A stretch of DNA of 64,000 bases from Gammaproteobacteria bacterium (GTDB lineage Bacteria; Pseudomonadota; Gammaproteobacteria; JAJPIJ01): the NCBI GenBank assembly GCA_022072255.1, contig JAJVHZ010000011.1:108927-172926 (forward strand), in the 5' to 3' direction. Of this stretch, positions 46,050-58,349 are shown piece by piece. Each line of letters opens with the position of its first letter. Positions within the stretch are counted from its first letter, which is position 1. Position numbers and translations under genes: made by a program. A model generated the notes under the pieces. It was not told the origin of the DNA and did not search any database. It saw only the letters and a list, made by a program, of their open reading frames with translations.

Positions 46050-46586
46050 ATGGCCGAACTCTCGACCTTCGCGCGTCCTTATGCGGAAGCGGTGTTCCGC
46101 ATCGCCCGCGACGGAAACTCGCTGAGCGAGTGGTCGGCGCTGCTGGGGGACATGGCGAGTATCGCCGCGAACCCGGATATGGCGGTGCTGATGTCGGATC
46201 CCGCGGTGGCGACCACGCAGCTCTACGACGTATTCGCGGCGGCCACGAAACGCAGCCTTTCCCCGGAGGCGCAAAATCTGCTGCGCACCTTGATCGACAA
46301 CGATCGCCTGGGCGTGCTGCCCCACATCGCCAGCCAGTTCAACGAGCTCAAGAACGCGCACGAGGGCGCCGCCGACGCGGAAGTCATCTCCGCGTTCCCG
46401 CTGGACGAGGTGCAGTTGAAGGACCTCGTCGCCGTCATGGAGAAGAAATTCGGCGTTCGCCTCAAGCCTCACGTCAAGGTCGATGACAGCCTGATCGGCG
46501 GGGTACGCGTGTCGGTCGGCGACCGCACGCTCGACGCCTCGGTGCGGGCGCAGCTCGAAAGCATGCAGGCGGCGCTGTCCGCATAA
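46050..46586 (+). CDS. atpH: F0F1 ATP synthase subunit delta
   Basis: 178 aa. [19 protein letters not shown] is a typical delta-subunit (OSCP) N-terminus. Confidence 0.85.
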   Translation: MAELSTFARPYAEAVFRIARDGNSLSEWSALLGDMASIAANPDMAVLMSDPAVATTQLYDVFAAATKRSLSPEAQNLLRTLIDNDRLGVLPHIASQFNELKNAHEGAADAEVISAFPLDEVQLKDLVAVMEKKFGVRLKPHVKVDDSLIGGVRVSVGDRTLDASVRAQLESMQAALSA

Positions 46587-46612
46587 CGAAAAGGTTTCCA
46601 GGAGCAAATTTT

Positions 46613-48157
46613 ATGCAGCAACTCAACCCTTCCGAGATCAGCGAGCTGATCCGCAGTCGCATTCAGGGCCTGGGCGTGAAGGCCGATCTGCGCACGCAGG
46701 GCACGGTCGTGACCGTGACCGACGGCATCTGCCGCATACACGGCCTGGCCGGCGCGATGCAGGGCGAAATGCTCGAATTCCCGAATCAGACCTACGGCCT
46801 GGCGCTCAACCTGGAGCGTGACTCGGTCGGCGCCGTAGTGCTCGGCGAGTACACCCACATCAAGGAAGGCGACACGGTGAAATGCACCGGCCGCATCCTG
46901 GAGGTGCCGGTCGGACCGGAGCTGATCGGGCGCGTCGTGAACTCCCTCGGTCAGCCTATCGACGGCAAGGGCCCCATCAACGCCAAGGACTCCGACGTTA
47001 TCGAAAAGGTCGCCCCGGGCGTCATCTGGCGCAAGTCGGTCTCGCAGCCGGTGCAAACGGGCCTGAAGGCCATCGACTCGATGGTGCCGATCGGTCGCGG
47101 CCAGCGCGAGCTCATCATCGGCGACCGCCAGACCGGCAAGACCGCCGTGGCCGTGGACACCATCATCAACCAGAAGGGCAAGAGCCTGTTCTGCGTTTAC
47201 GTCGCGGTCGGCCAGAAGGCCTCCACCATCGCCAACGTCGTTCGCAAGCTCGAGGAGTACGGCGCGATGGAGTACACCATCGTGGTCGCGGCCTCGGCCT
47301 CCGAATCGGCCGCCATGCAGTACATCGCGCCCTATTCCGGCTGCACCATGGGCGAGTACTTCCGCGACCGCGGCCAGGACGCCCTCATCATCTACGACGA
47401 TCTCACCAAGCAGGCCTGGGCCTACCGCCAGGTGTCGCTGCTGTTGCGCCGTCCGCCGGGCCGCGAGGCATACCCCGGCGACGTCTTCTACCTGCACTCC
47501 CGGCTACTTGAGCGCGCCGCGCGCGTCAACGAGGAGTACGTGGAGCGCTTCACCAAGGGAGCCGTCAAGGGCAAGACCGGCTCGCTGACCGCGCTGCCGG
47601 TCATCGAGACGCAGGCCGGCGACGTCTCCGCGTTCGTGCCGACCAACGTCATTTCTATCACCGACGGCCAGATCTTCCTCGAGACCGACCTGTTCAACGC
47701 CGGCGTCCGTCCCGCCATCAACGCCGGTATCTCGGTCTCACGGGTCGGCGGCGCGGCGCAGACCAAGGCGGTGAAGAAACTCTCCGGCGGCATCCGTACC
47801 GATCTGGCGCAGTATCGCGAGCTGGCGGCATTCGCGCAGTTCGCCTCCGATCTCGACGACGCCACCCGCAAGCAGCTGGAGCGCGGTCGCCGCGTGATGG
47901 AGCTGCTGAAGCAGCCGCAATACCACCCGCAGCAGGTCTGGCAGCAGGCGGCGCTTCTTTTCGCCGTCAACAACGGCTATCTCGACGACATCGATGTCAA
48001 GACTATCCCGGCGTTCGAGAAGGGTCTGCTCGAACATCTGAAGACCAAGCAGGAGGCTCTCGCTCAGCGCATCGAGGACACCAAGGAGGTCTCCAAGGAC
48101 GACGAGACCGCGCTGCACGAGGCGATCAAGCAGTTCAAACAGGCGGGCGCATTCTAA
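46613..48157 (+). CDS. atpA: F0F1 ATP synthase subunit alpha
   Basis: Walker [10 protein letters not shown], 514 aa. Confidence 0.95.
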   Translation: MQQLNPSEISELIRSRIQGLGVKADLRTQGTVVTVTDGICRIHGLAGAMQGEMLEFPNQTYGLALNLERDSVGAVVLGEYTHIKEGDTVKCTGRILEVPVGPELIGRVVNSLGQPIDGKGPINAKDSDVIEKVAPGVIWRKSVSQPVQTGLKAIDSMVPIGRGQRELIIGDRQTGKTAVAVDTIINQKGKSLFCVYVAVGQKASTIANVVRKLEEYGAMEYTIVVAASASESAAMQYIAPYSGCTMGEYFRDRGQDALIIYDDLTKQAWAYRQVSLLLRRPPGREAYPGDVFYLHSRLLERAARVNEEYVERFTKGAVKGKTGSLTALPVIETQAGDVSAFVPTNVISITDGQIFLETDLFNAGVRPAINAGISVSRVGGAAQTKAVKKLSGGIRTDLAQYRELAAFAQFASDLDDATRKQLERGRRVMELLKQPQYHPQQVWQQAALLFAVNNGYLDDIDVKTIPAFEKGLLEHLKTKQEALAQRIEDTKEVSKDDETALHEAIKQFKQAGAF

Positions 48158-48202
48158 GGCGCGCAGGCACACTGCCCTTTCAACTGCTGACGGAAGCGAC
48201 CC

Positions 48203-49081
48203 ATGGCGGGAACAAAAGAGATCCGGACCAAGATCAAGAGCGTGCAGAACACGCGCAAGATCACCAAGGCGATGGAGATGGTCGCCGCATCCAAGATGCG
48301 CAAGGCGCAGGATCGCATGCGCGCCTCGCGTCCCTATGCGGACAAGGTGCGCAACATCGCCGCCCACATGGGTGGAGCGAATCCAGAGTACAAGCATCCG
48401 TTCCTGATCAGACGCGAGGCCGTCAGGAACACCGGCCTCATCCTGGTGACCACGGACAAGGGCCTCTGCGGCGGCCTGAACACCAACGTGCTGCGCGCGG
48501 TGACGACGAAGCTGAAGGAACTCGACGCCGCGGGCGTCGGCGTTCATGCCACCGCTATCGGCGGCAAGGGGCTGCAGTTCTTCATGCGCATCGGTGCCAA
48601 CCTCATATCGCAGGCCGTACAGCTTGGCGACAAACCGCAGATGGAGAAACTGATCGGCGCAATCAAGGCACAGCTCGACGCGTACACGAAGGGCGACGTG
48701 GATGCGGTCTACCTGGCCTACTCGCGTTTCATCAACACCATGAGGCAGGAGCCGGTGCTCGAGCAGCTGCTGCCGCTCGCCGCGGAGCGTCTGACGCAGA
48801 GCGACGTGGAGAAGCGGGCCTACGGGTGGGATTACATCTACGAGCCAGGTGCCAAGGAGGTCGTCGACGAGCTGCTGGTGCGCTACGTGGAGGCCCTGGT
48901 GTATCAGGCGGTCGCGGAGAACATGGCCTCGGAGCAGTCCGCGCGCATGGTGGCCATGAAGGCCGCCTCGGATAACGCGAAGAATATCATCGGCGAACTG
49001 CAGCTCGTCTACAACAAGACGCGCCAGGCCGCGATCACCAAGGAGCTCGCCGAGATCGTCGGCGGCGCGGCGGCGGTTTAA
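48203..49081 (+). CDS. atpG: F0F1 ATP synthase subunit gamma
   Basis: [36 protein letters not shown]. Confidence 0.9.
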   Translation: MAGTKEIRTKIKSVQNTRKITKAMEMVAASKMRKAQDRMRASRPYADKVRNIAAHMGGANPEYKHPFLIRREAVRNTGLILVTTDKGLCGGLNTNVLRAVTTKLKELDAAGVGVHATAIGGKGLQFFMRIGANLISQAVQLGDKPQMEKLIGAIKAQLDAYTKGDVDAVYLAYSRFINTMRQEPVLEQLLPLAAERLTQSDVEKRAYGWDYIYEPGAKEVVDELLVRYVEALVYQAVAENMASEQSARMVAMKAASDNAKNIIGELQLVYNKTRQAAITKELAEIVGGAAAV

Positions 49082-49092
49082 CCCGAATTTGA

Positions 49093-50529
<1,437 letters not shown>

Positions 50530-50653
50530 GGCGGGGACTCGTGAACGGCAATTGGTGAACCGCATGGCGCCCGATCCGGAGCCGCGAATCACGAATCGGG
50601 AGTTGCGACTCGCGGGTCATCCGTAACCGGTCACCAGAGACGGACAGATAGCA

Positions 50654-51073
50654 ATGGCGAACAAGATGCTTGTGGATGTGGTCAGTGCCGAGGAGTCGAT
50701 CTTCTCCGGAGAGGCGACGTTTGTCGTGCTGCCGGGCGAAGCCGGAGAGCTGGGCATATTGCCGCGCCACACCCCGCTCATCACCCGCATCCGGCCGGGT
50801 ACGGTGGAGATCACGCGCGCGGACAATGACGAGAAGGAGCTCGTGTTCGTCGCCGGCGGCATACTGGAGGTGCAGCCGAATCACGTCACGGTGCTGGCCG
50901 ATACGGCCATCCGCGGCAGGGATCTCGATGAGGCCAAGGCGCAGGAGGCCGTACGGGCGGCCGAGGACGCGAAGCGCAACGCCAAGGATCAGGTGGAAGT
51001 CGCCTCGGTGGAGGCGGAACTGGCCACGCTTGCTGCCCAGCTCGCGGCAATACGGCGTCTGCGTCGCCGCTAG
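50654..51073 (+). CDS. atpC: F0F1 ATP synthase subunit epsilon
   Basis: 139 aa, [21 protein letters not shown].... Confidence 0.9.
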   Translation: MANKMLVDVVSAEESIFSGEATFVVLPGEAGELGILPRHTPLITRIRPGTVEITRADNDEKELVFVAGGILEVQPNHVTVLADTAIRGRDLDEAKAQEAVRAAEDAKRNAKDQVEVASVEAELATLAAQLAAIRRLRRR

Positions 51074-51085
51074 CAGATCCCCGCC

Positions 51086-51105
51086 GCGCCGGTCAGCTCC
51101 GGCGC
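51086..51105 (+). terminator. Candidate weak terminator / attenuating hairpin after atpC
   Basis: gcgccgg-tcagct-ccggcgc is a 7-bp GC stem, but the downstream U-tract is poor (gtcgcatttcac), so readthrough into glmU is likely. Confidence 0.3.
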
Positions 51106-51220
51106 GTCGCATTTCACATCCCGATTCTCCCGCCGCCCTGCGGTGCTGCCTCGGAAGCGGCAGCTTCGGTATCATCTGCTCTGTACTTGTCTCACAACCG
51201 CCGAACCGCAGGGAAAATCC

Positions 51221-52585
51221 ATGGCATTGAGCGTCATCATCCTCGCCGCGGGCCAGGGCACCCGCATGAAGTCGCAGCTTCCCAAGGTGCTGCATCCGCT
51301 GGCCGGCCGCCCGCTGCTGGCGCACGTTTACGCGGCGATCGAGCGGTTCCCCGCCAAGGACGTCCACATCGTCTACGGACACGGCGGCGAACGGGTGCGC
51401 GATGGGCTGAGCCATCTGAAGGCAAGATGGGTGGAGCAGGCGCGTCAGCTCGGCACCGGGCACGCAGTGATGCAGGCGATGCCGTCGGTCAGACCTGCGA
51501 GCACGGCGTTGATACTGTATGGCGACGTGCCTCTCATCACGCACGCGACGCTGCAGAGGCTCCTCGACGCTGCCGGACGCAAGGATCTGGCGCTGCTGAC
51601 GGTCAGTCTGGAGAACCCCACAGGCTACGGGCGCATCGTGCGCGACAGCCACGGCAACGTGCAGCGCATCGTCGAGCAGAAGGATGCCAGCGAGTCCGAG
51701 CAGGTCATCCACGAGGTCAATACCGGCATGATGGCGGTCAGCGCGAAGCTGCTGCGCGGATGGGTGGGGCGGTTGAGCAACAAGAACGCGCAGAAGGAGT
51801 ACTACCTGACCGACGTGATCGAGATGGCGGTCAAGGACAGGGTGCGCATCAACACGGTGTCGCCGGAATCGCCGTTCGAAGTGATGGGCGTGAACGATCG
51901 CGCGCAGCTGTCCGAGCTGGAACGCTACTATCAGTTCGTGCAGGCGCAGCATCTGATGCGGCAGGGCGTCACGCTGCATGACCCCTCGCGGTTCGATCTG
52001 CGCGGGGAGCTGGAGGTCGGTCAGGACGTCAGCATCGACGTCAACGTCGTCATCGAGGGGCGGGTGCGGCTTGGCAACCGCGTTACCGTGGGACCGAACA
52101 ACGTGCTGCGCAACGTGTCGATAGGCGATGATGTCGCGATCCTCGCCAATTGTGTCATCGAGGACGCCGTCGTTGGCGACGGCGCACGCCTCGGACCATT
52201 CGCCCGCATTCGCCCCGAGACCGTGCTGGGAGCGGACGTGCACGTGGGAAACTTCGTCGAGGTGAAGAAATCGGTGGTCGCGAAGGGGAGCAAGCTCAAC
52301 CACCTGAGCTACATCGGCGATGCCGAGATAGGCAGCAACACGAACATCGGGGCCGGCACGATTACGTGTAACTATGACGGCGCTCACAAGCACAAGACCG
52401 TCATCGGCGATGACGTCTTCATCGGCTCGGACTGTCAGCTCGTGGCGCCGGTGAAGGTGGGCGACGGTGCGACGATCGGTGCGGGCACGACCGTGGCGAA
52501 GGACGCCCCCGCCGGCATGCTCACCATCAGCAGGGTGCGCCAGCAGGTCATCGACAACTGGCGGCGGCCGCGAAAGAAGAAATAA
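51221..52585 (+). CDS. glmU: Bifunctional UDP-N-acetylglucosamine pyrophosphorylase / glucosamine-1-phosphate N-acetyltransferase
   Basis: MALSVIILAAGQGTRMKS, followed by C-terminal left-handed-helix hexapeptide repeats. ATG 51221 verified; the track start at 51143 is upstream. Confidence 0.9.
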   Translation: MALSVIILAAGQGTRMKSQLPKVLHPLAGRPLLAHVYAAIERFPAKDVHIVYGHGGERVRDGLSHLKARWVEQARQLGTGHAVMQAMPSVRPASTALILYGDVPLITHATLQRLLDAAGRKDLALLTVSLENPTGYGRIVRDSHGNVQRIVEQKDASESEQVIHEVNTGMMAVSAKLLRGWVGRLSNKNAQKEYYLTDVIEMAVKDRVRINTVSPESPFEVMGVNDRAQLSELERYYQFVQAQHLMRQGVTLHDPSRFDLRGELEVGQDVSIDVNVVIEGRVRLGNRVTVGPNNVLRNVSIGDDVAILANCVIEDAVVGDGARLGPFARIRPETVLGADVHVGNFVEVKKSVVAKGSKLNHLSYIGDAEIGSNTNIGAGTITCNYDGAHKHKTVIGDDVFIGSDCQLVAPVKVGDGATIGAGTTVAKDAPAGMLTISRVRQQVIDNWRRPRKKK

Positions 52586-52631
52586 GGGTCTGAAGGCGCG
52601 CCGCGGGGGAGCGCGCAAACGAGGGGGAGAG

Positions 52632-53432
52632 ATGTTCCGAGTCGGCTATTTCCAGTTCCGTCCGTTATTCGGCAGGGTGGAGCGCAATCTCAATCGCGTG
52701 CTCGCCGCCCTCTCCGACGTGCGCGCCGACATCGTCGTCCTGCCGGAGCTGCCGTTCACGGGTTACTACTTCGCCACCCGCGACGAGGTGATGGCGCTGG
52801 CGGAGGATCCTGCGCGCTCCGCGACCGTGGACAGCCTGGCGCGGCTGTGCCGGCAGCGCGATTTCTACATCGTGACCGGCTTCGCCGAGCGCAGGCACGA
52901 AAAGGCGTACAACAGTTCGCTGCTGATCGGCCCGCAGGGCCTGGTGCACACCTATCGCAAGTTGCATCTGTTCAACACCGAAAAGGACTATTTCGACGCC
53001 GGCGACACACCGCTGTCGGTGCAGGAGCTGCGCGGCGTGAAGATCGGGATGATGGTGTGCTTCGATTGGGCGTTTCCGGAGGTGGCGCGGACGCTCGCCC
53101 TGCAGGGTGCCGACATACTCTGTCATCCCGCGAACCTGGTGCTCGGATTCTGCCAGCAGACGATGCTTACACGCTGCCTGGAGAACCGGTTATATGCAGT
53201 CACCGCGAACCGCCACGGACCGGATCTGCGCCCGCACGGGGAGTTGAAGTTCACCGGACGCAGCCAGGTAGTCGCGCCCGGCGGAAAGCTGTTGCAGAGG
53301 GCGCCGGCACGGCGCGACCTGCTGCATGTCGTAGAGATCGATCCGGCGCTCGCCCGCAACAAGGCGATTACAGTGCGCAGCGATCTCATCGCCGACCGCC
53401 GTCCGCAGTTCTATGGTGAGCTCGCCCGTTAG
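52632..53432 (+). CDS. Carbon-nitrogen hydrolase (nitrilase superfamily) protein
   Basis: E-K-C triad context: VLPELPF (Glu), HTYRKLHLF (Lys), MMVCFDWAFPE (Cys). ATG 52632 verified. Confidence 0.75.
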   Translation: MFRVGYFQFRPLFGRVERNLNRVLAALSDVRADIVVLPELPFTGYYFATRDEVMALAEDPARSATVDSLARLCRQRDFYIVTGFAERRHEKAYNSSLLIGPQGLVHTYRKLHLFNTEKDYFDAGDTPLSVQELRGVKIGMMVCFDWAFPEVARTLALQGADILCHPANLVLGFCQQTMLTRCLENRLYAVTANRHGPDLRPHGELKFTGRSQVVAPGGKLLQRAPARRDLLHVVEIDPALARNKAITVRSDLIADRRPQFYGELAR

Positions 53433-53470
53433 CGCGGAGCGACGACCCTTATCAACGCCAGGAGAACTCC

Positions 53471-53950
53471 ATGACCTTCACCACACCGGACCTGTACGAT
53501 GCGCACGAGAAGGATGTCCAGGTGGCCGAGCCACTGTTCCGGAACTACGGCGGCGCCGCGCGCTTTTCCGGACCCATCGCTACGCTGAAACTGCACGAGG
53601 ACAATTCGCTGGTTCGCACCGCCCTGGAAGAGCCCGGCCACGGGCGCGTTCTCGTGATCGACGGAGGCGGCTCGCTTCGCTGCGCCCTGGTCGGAGATCA
53701 GCTCGCCGTGCTGGCGAAGAACAACGGCTGGGCCGGCCTCCTCGTGAACGGCTGCATACGGGACTCGGTCGAGATCGCAAGGATGGACATCGGCGTCAAG
53801 GCCCTCAACACGAACCCCAGGAAGAGCGTGAAGAAGGGTGCCGGCGATCGCGACATAGCGGTCTTTTTCGCCGGCGTGACCTTCCGTCCGGGCGAGTTCG
53901 TCTATGCCGACGAGGACGGTCTCCTGGTCTGCGCCCGGCGCCTGGACTGA
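53471..53950 (+). CDS. rraA: RraA-family protein (ribonuclease E activity regulator / 4-hydroxy-4-methyl-2-oxoglutarate aldolase family)
   Basis: MTFTTPDLYDAHEKDVQVAEPLFRNYGG...GRVLVIDGGGSLRCALVGDQLA follows the E. coli RraA pattern. 159 aa. Confidence 0.8.
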   Translation: MTFTTPDLYDAHEKDVQVAEPLFRNYGGAARFSGPIATLKLHEDNSLVRTALEEPGHGRVLVIDGGGSLRCALVGDQLAVLAKNNGWAGLLVNGCIRDSVEIARMDIGVKALNTNPRKSVKKGAGDRDIAVFFAGVTFRPGEFVYADEDGLLVCARRLD

Positions 53951-54074
53951 CAGTGACCCTGTTGCGGGCGCGCCCGCGGGGTCGACGGGCAGTCTCGCCA
54001 TGGATGCCGGAGCATGGAAGGCCGTTACCTTGAAAGGCTGGTGACGGAGCGGCGGCTACATATAGAATCCGGGG

Positions 54075-54902
54075 ATGGCCGAGACATTCAAAGTCGCTTG
54101 CATCCAGAATTGCGCGGAAAACGATCTCGAGCGTAATCTCGAGGAGACCACGAAGCTGACCCGTGCTGCGGAGAACGCCGGGGCGCAGCTTGTCTGCCTG
54201 CCGGAATATTTCGCCTTCATGGCGCCCAGCGACCAGGAGCTGCTTCGCGTCGCGCCGACCGAGGACGCGCATCCGGCCCTGGCGGTGTTCAAGGACCTCG
54301 CCCGGGAGCTTCATGTCTGGCTGCTCCTGGGTTCGCTGGCCATTCGTGTTCCCTCCGGCCGGGTCAACAACCGCTCGTACCTGATCGACAGCGACGGCCA
54401 GGTCGCGGCGAGCTACAACAAGGTCCATCTCTTCGACGTGACCCTGAAGGGCGGGGAGAGTTATTCGGAGTCCTCGGCGGTGGAGGCCGGTGCGCAGGCG
54501 GTGGTGGCGCAGACGCCGTGGGGGAAGCTGGGCATGAGCATCTGCTATGACATCCGATTCGCCTACCTGTATCGCCTCCTTGCCCAGTCCGGCGCCTCGT
54601 ATCTGACGGTGCCGGCGGCATTCACCCGCACTACCGGACAGGCGCACTGGCACGTGCTCATCCGCGCGCGCGCGATTGAAACGGGCTGTTTCGTCTTCGC
54701 GCCCGGCCAGTGCGGCCGTCGATCCTGGGGGCGGGCGACCTTCGGGCATTCACTCATAGTGGATCCCTGGGGGACGGTGCTTGCCGAAGGCACGGACGCC
54801 CCGGGGTTCATCGTGGCGGATATCGATCCGTCGCGCGTGGAGGATGCCCGTCAGATGATCCCTGCCCTGAACCACGATCGGCCGTTGCGTTCCCCCGACT
54901 GA
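54075..54902 (+). CDS. Carbon-nitrogen hydrolase family protein (Nit/omega-amidase-like)
   Basis: FKVACIQ...LVCLPEYF (Glu), YNKVHLFD (Lys), GMSICYDIRF (Cys). Confidence 0.8.
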   Translation: MAETFKVACIQNCAENDLERNLEETTKLTRAAENAGAQLVCLPEYFAFMAPSDQELLRVAPTEDAHPALAVFKDLARELHVWLLLGSLAIRVPSGRVNNRSYLIDSDGQVAASYNKVHLFDVTLKGGESYSESSAVEAGAQAVVAQTPWGKLGMSICYDIRFAYLYRLLAQSGASYLTVPAAFTRTTGQAHWHVLIRARAIETGCFVFAPGQCGRRSWGRATFGHSLIVDPWGTVLAEGTDAPGFIVADIDPSRVEDARQMIPALNHDRPLRSPD

Positions 54903-55121
54903 GGGCCGGCCGGTCGCCGGTCGATCGCGTTGCCCTGACCGTCTCTCCGGCGGCGGCAGCGTTCGGCAATGCGTACCATGATGTAGTCGCAGACCCGCAA
55001 TGGCACCGGCGCCCGCCGGGGCGGGCGGATCGCGGGCCGGTCGCGGGCACGCACGACGAGGGAGGCCTAAGTGCTTAATCAGGAAAGGATCCGGGACCGC
55101 GGCACCGTCCGCCCGGCAAGG

Positions 55122-55138
55122 GTTCAGTCTTCATTCAG
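55122..55138 (+). promoter_or_regulatory. Direct hexamer repeat GTTCAG-N5-ATTCAG, a candidate OmpR/PhoP-family response-regulator box
   Basis: gGTTCAGtcttcATTCAGg lies 25-41 bp upstream of the PepSY gene start. The 6-5-6 direct-repeat architecture is typical of winged-helix response regulators. Confidence 0.25.
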
Positions 55139-55162
55139 GGCTGGCTGTTAGCATCCCGCGCG

Positions 55163-55432
55163 ATGATCTCCGAACTTCTACTCCTGGCCGGTCTGCAGGC
55201 GCAGCCGGCGGCCGGGGAAGGCCTCGATCGCCAGTTTACCCGCCCCCCACTGGTGCTCGCCCAGGCGGCAACGAGCCCCGATCAGGCCGCGGCCATGGCC
55301 CGAAGGCAGACCGGAGGGCGCGTGCTTGGCGTCGACTGGGGAGACAACGGCGGACAGCCGGTCTACATGGTGAGGGTGCTGATGCCTGACGGGAGCATCC
55401 GTGTGGTCGCCATACCTGCCAGTGGCAAGTAA
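55163..55432 (+). CDS. Small PepSY-domain protein
   Basis: C-terminal half TSPDQAAAMARRQTGGRVLGVDWGDNGGQPVYMVRVLMPDGSIRVVAIPASGK has the PepSY fold pattern. Immediately upstream of the response regulator / histidine kinase pair. The start codon is uncertain. Confidence 0.55.
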   Translation: MISELLLLAGLQAQPAAGEGLDRQFTRPPLVLAQAATSPDQAAAMARRQTGGRVLGVDWGDNGGQPVYMVRVLMPDGSIRVVAIPASGK

Positions 55433-55456
55433 CCGAGGAAAGCGAGCGAGAGAACG

Positions 55457-56134
55457 ATGCGCGTGCTGCTGATTGAGGATGAGGCGCCATTGCGCGAGCA
55501 GGTCGCGGCCCACCTGCGCGAGCAGAAATATGCGGTCGACACGGCCGCAAGCGGCAACGACGGCCTCCACTTCGGCAAGGAGTACCCGGTCGACGTGGCA
55601 ATCGTAGACCTCGGACTGCCGGACATATCGGGCATGGACGTGATCAAGAAGTGGCGCGAGGCCGGTCGTTCCTTTCCGGTCCTTATCCTGACCGCCCGCA
55701 GCAGCTGGCAGGACAAGGTGCAGGGCCTGGAGACCGGCGCGGACGACTACCTGGTCAAGCCGTTCCACATGGAGGAGCTGACGGCACGCGTACGCGCGCT
55801 GGTGCGCCGCGCAAGCGGCTGGTCGGAATCGGTGCTGCACTGCGGCGCGGTCTCGCTCGACACCGCCTCACAGCAGGTCACGGTCAACGGACGCGAGGTG
55901 AATCTCACCGCGTTCGAGTACAAGGTCCTCGAGCACCTCATGCTGCATGCCGGCGAGGTGATCTCCAAGTCGGAGCTCTCCGAGCACATGTACGAGGAGG
56001 ACATGGATCGCGACTCCAACGTGCTCGAGGTCATCATCGGTCGATTGCGCAAGAAGCTCGACCCGGACAAGACGCTCAATCCCATCGAGACGCTGCGCGG
56101 CCGCGGCTACCTGCTGAGACTCGAACAGGCCTAG
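55457..56134 (+). CDS. OmpR/PhoB-family response regulator
   Basis: REC (LLIEDE, VDVAIVDLGLPDISG, LTAR, VKP) plus a C-terminal winged-helix (trans_reg_C) domain. 225 aa. Confidence 0.9.
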   Translation: MRVLLIEDEAPLREQVAAHLREQKYAVDTAASGNDGLHFGKEYPVDVAIVDLGLPDISGMDVIKKWREAGRSFPVLILTARSSWQDKVQGLETGADDYLVKPFHMEELTARVRALVRRASGWSESVLHCGAVSLDTASQQVTVNGREVNLTAFEYKVLEHLMLHAGEVISKSELSEHMYEEDMDRDSNVLEVIIGRLRKKLDPDKTLNPIETLRGRGYLLRLEQA

Positions 56135-56157
56135 GACATCGGCTATAAAGGCGGGCA

Positions 56158-57525
56158 ATGCGCTCGCTCAACGCCCGCCTACTCCTTGCCGCAACACTGA
56201 CGCTGGCGGCCTTTCTCGGCCTGACCGGCTTCACCCTCGACCAGGCATTTCAGCGCTCGGCGCTCTCGGCTACGCAGGATCGCCTGCAGGGCCAGGTGTA
56301 CATGCTGCTGTCGGCGGCCCAGTTCGAGGCTCCGGAGAAGCGCATGATGCCGACGTCGCTGCCGGATCCGCGGCTGTCCACTCCCAGCTCCGGCCTTTAC
56401 GCCCAGTTGACCCGCGAGGATGGCACCTCGGTGTGGCGGTCGCTGTCGATGCTCGGACTGACCATCCCCGTGGAACGGCCCTCCCGCACGGGTGTCCCGA
56501 TTTTCGCCGCCGCGGAGGCGTCCGACGGCACGCCGTTGTTCACCCTGATCTTCAGCGTGCGCTGGGAGGGAAAGCGCCGCAACGACGAGCGGGTCTACAC
56601 GGTACAGGTCGCCGAGAGCCGGCAGGAATACGACAACCAGGTGCGGGCCTTTCGCCGCAGCCTGGGCACCTGGCTGGCTGCCTCCGCGATCGTGCTGCTT
56701 GCCGTGCAGGCGCTCATCCTGCACTGGGGCCTGCGCCCGCTGCGGCGCGTCGCCGAGGAGGTGCGGGAGGTCGAATCGGGGCGCAAGGAATCGCTGATCG
56801 GCGACTACCCCACGGAGTTGCAGAGGCTGGTCGTCAATCTCAACGCCCTCGTCCGCAACAGCAAGGCGAATCTCGAGCGCTACCGCCGCGCCCTCGGTGA
56901 TCTCGCCCACAGCTTCAAGACTCCGCTCGCCGTGATGCGCAGCGCCGCTGACACGGGCGGGCGGGTGGAGGACCTGCGGGAGATCGTGCGCGAGCAGGTC
57001 AGCCGGCTCGACAACACCGTCCAGTACCAGTTGCAGCGCGCGGCGGCCTCGGGGCGCAGCGCGCTCGCGACACCCATTCCCGTGGAGCCGGTGGTGAACA
57101 AGGTGGTGCAGTCGCTGGCGAAGGTCTACGCGGATCGAAGGCTGCAGTTCGAGGTGACGGTCGAACGCGGGACGGAATTCGTCGGCGACGAGGGCGACCT
57201 GCTGGAGATCATCGGCAACCTGGCGGAGAACGCCAGCAAGTGGGCGAAGCAGCGGGTTCGCATACGTGCCGGTGTGGGTGCCGGTGCGGACAGGACGCGC
57301 CGGCCGCTGGAACTGAGCATCGAGGACGACGGTCCCGGCATCCCGCCGGATGAATGCAGGACCATCTTCGAGCGCGGTTATCGCGCCGACACCGCGGTGC
57401 CCGGGCACGGGATCGGTCTGGCGATCGTGCGCGACCTCGTCTACGAGGTCTACCACGGCGCGCTGACGGTGGACCGCAGCGAGGATCTCGGCGGCGCGCG
57501 GGTCCTCGCGCGCGTCACGTTCTGA
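56158..57525 (+). CDS. Sensor histidine kinase (2TM-periplasmic-HAMP-HisKA-HATPase)
   Basis: H-box LGDLAHSFKTPLAVM and HATPase N/G boxes (NLAENASKWA, GHGIGLAIV). 24 bp after the response regulator. Confidence 0.85.
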   Translation: MRSLNARLLLAATLTLAAFLGLTGFTLDQAFQRSALSATQDRLQGQVYMLLSAAQFEAPEKRMMPTSLPDPRLSTPSSGLYAQLTREDGTSVWRSLSMLGLTIPVERPSRTGVPIFAAAEASDGTPLFTLIFSVRWEGKRRNDERVYTVQVAESRQEYDNQVRAFRRSLGTWLAASAIVLLAVQALILHWGLRPLRRVAEEVREVESGRKESLIGDYPTELQRLVVNLNALVRNSKANLERYRRALGDLAHSFKTPLAVMRSAADTGGRVEDLREIVREQVSRLDNTVQYQLQRAAASGRSALATPIPVEPVVNKVVQSLAKVYADRRLQFEVTVERGTEFVGDEGDLLEIIGNLAENASKWAKQRVRIRAGVGAGADRTRRPLELSIEDDGPGIPPDECRTIFERGYRADTAVPGHGIGLAIVRDLVYEVYHGALTVDRSEDLGGARVLARVTF

Positions 57526-57635
57526 GCCAGCCGCATCCGCGCCTTTTCGACTCCCTCCGCGCCCCGCCGTGCGGGCTCTGCGAGGATGCCGTGGCGTTCC
57601 CGGCGGGCCCGGATTGCGGCGGCACCAGCGAACGG

Positions 57636-58349
57636 CTACCGCCTTTGCGCGACACCCACGACCGCATCGAACAGGCGCTGCTGGATCGGGTCGCTCGCCG
57701 CGGTCAGTTCCGGATGCCACTGCACGGCGATGAGCCAGGGGTGATCCGGGATTTCCACCGCCTCAATCGTCCCATCCGGCGCATGCGCGACCACCGAGAA
57801 TCGATCTGCAACCTTCTTCAGGGCCTGGTGATGCCAGGAGGCCACCTCGAAATCCACGCTCCCCGCAACCTGCGCCAGCCTCGAGTCCGCCCGCACGCTG
57901 ACGCGATGGGGAATGGGCTCGCGCGGCGGCGCACGATGCAGCACGGTTTCCCCGACCTCGTCGGGCAGATGCTCGATCAGCGTTCCTCCCATCACGATGT
58001 TCAGGATCTGCGCGCCGCGGCAGATCGCCAGAGTCGGCAACCCCCCGTCGAGCACGCGCTGAGCCAGATAGATCTCCGAGGCATCGCGTTCGGTATCGAT
58101 CGCGTAGTTCGCAGGGTGCCCCTTGCCCCCATAGCGCGACGGGTCGATGTCGCCGCCGCCCGTCAGTATGAGCGCATCGAGGGTGGCGAGCGCCACCTCC
58201 AGGCGCTCCTCCCCGGGGGCGAGCAAGAGCGGCACGCCGCCGGCTCGCCGCACTGCATCAACGTATTCCGCCGGGATCGTGTAGCGATTGTCGGCGTTGC
58301 GTCCATAGGTGGTCAGGCCGATTAATGGGTGGCTGCGGCCGGGCTGCAT
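57636..58349 (-). CDS. Gamma-glutamyl-gamma-aminobutyrate hydrolase family protein (class I glutamine amidotransferase, PuuD-like)
   Basis: C26 peptidase motifs LAICRGAQILN and HH (WHHQA). Confidence 0.8.
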   Translation of the reverse strand: MQPGRSHPLIGLTTYGRNADNRYTIPAEYVDAVRRAGGVPLLLAPGEERLEVALATLDALILTGGGDIDPSRYGGKGHPANYAIDTERDASEIYLAQRVLDGGLPTLAICRGAQILNIVMGGTLIEHLPDEVGETVLHRAPPREPIPHRVSVRADSRLAQVAGSVDFEVASWHHQALKKVADRFSVVAHAPDGTIEAVEIPDHPWLIAVQWHPELTAASDPIQQRLFDAVVGVAQRR

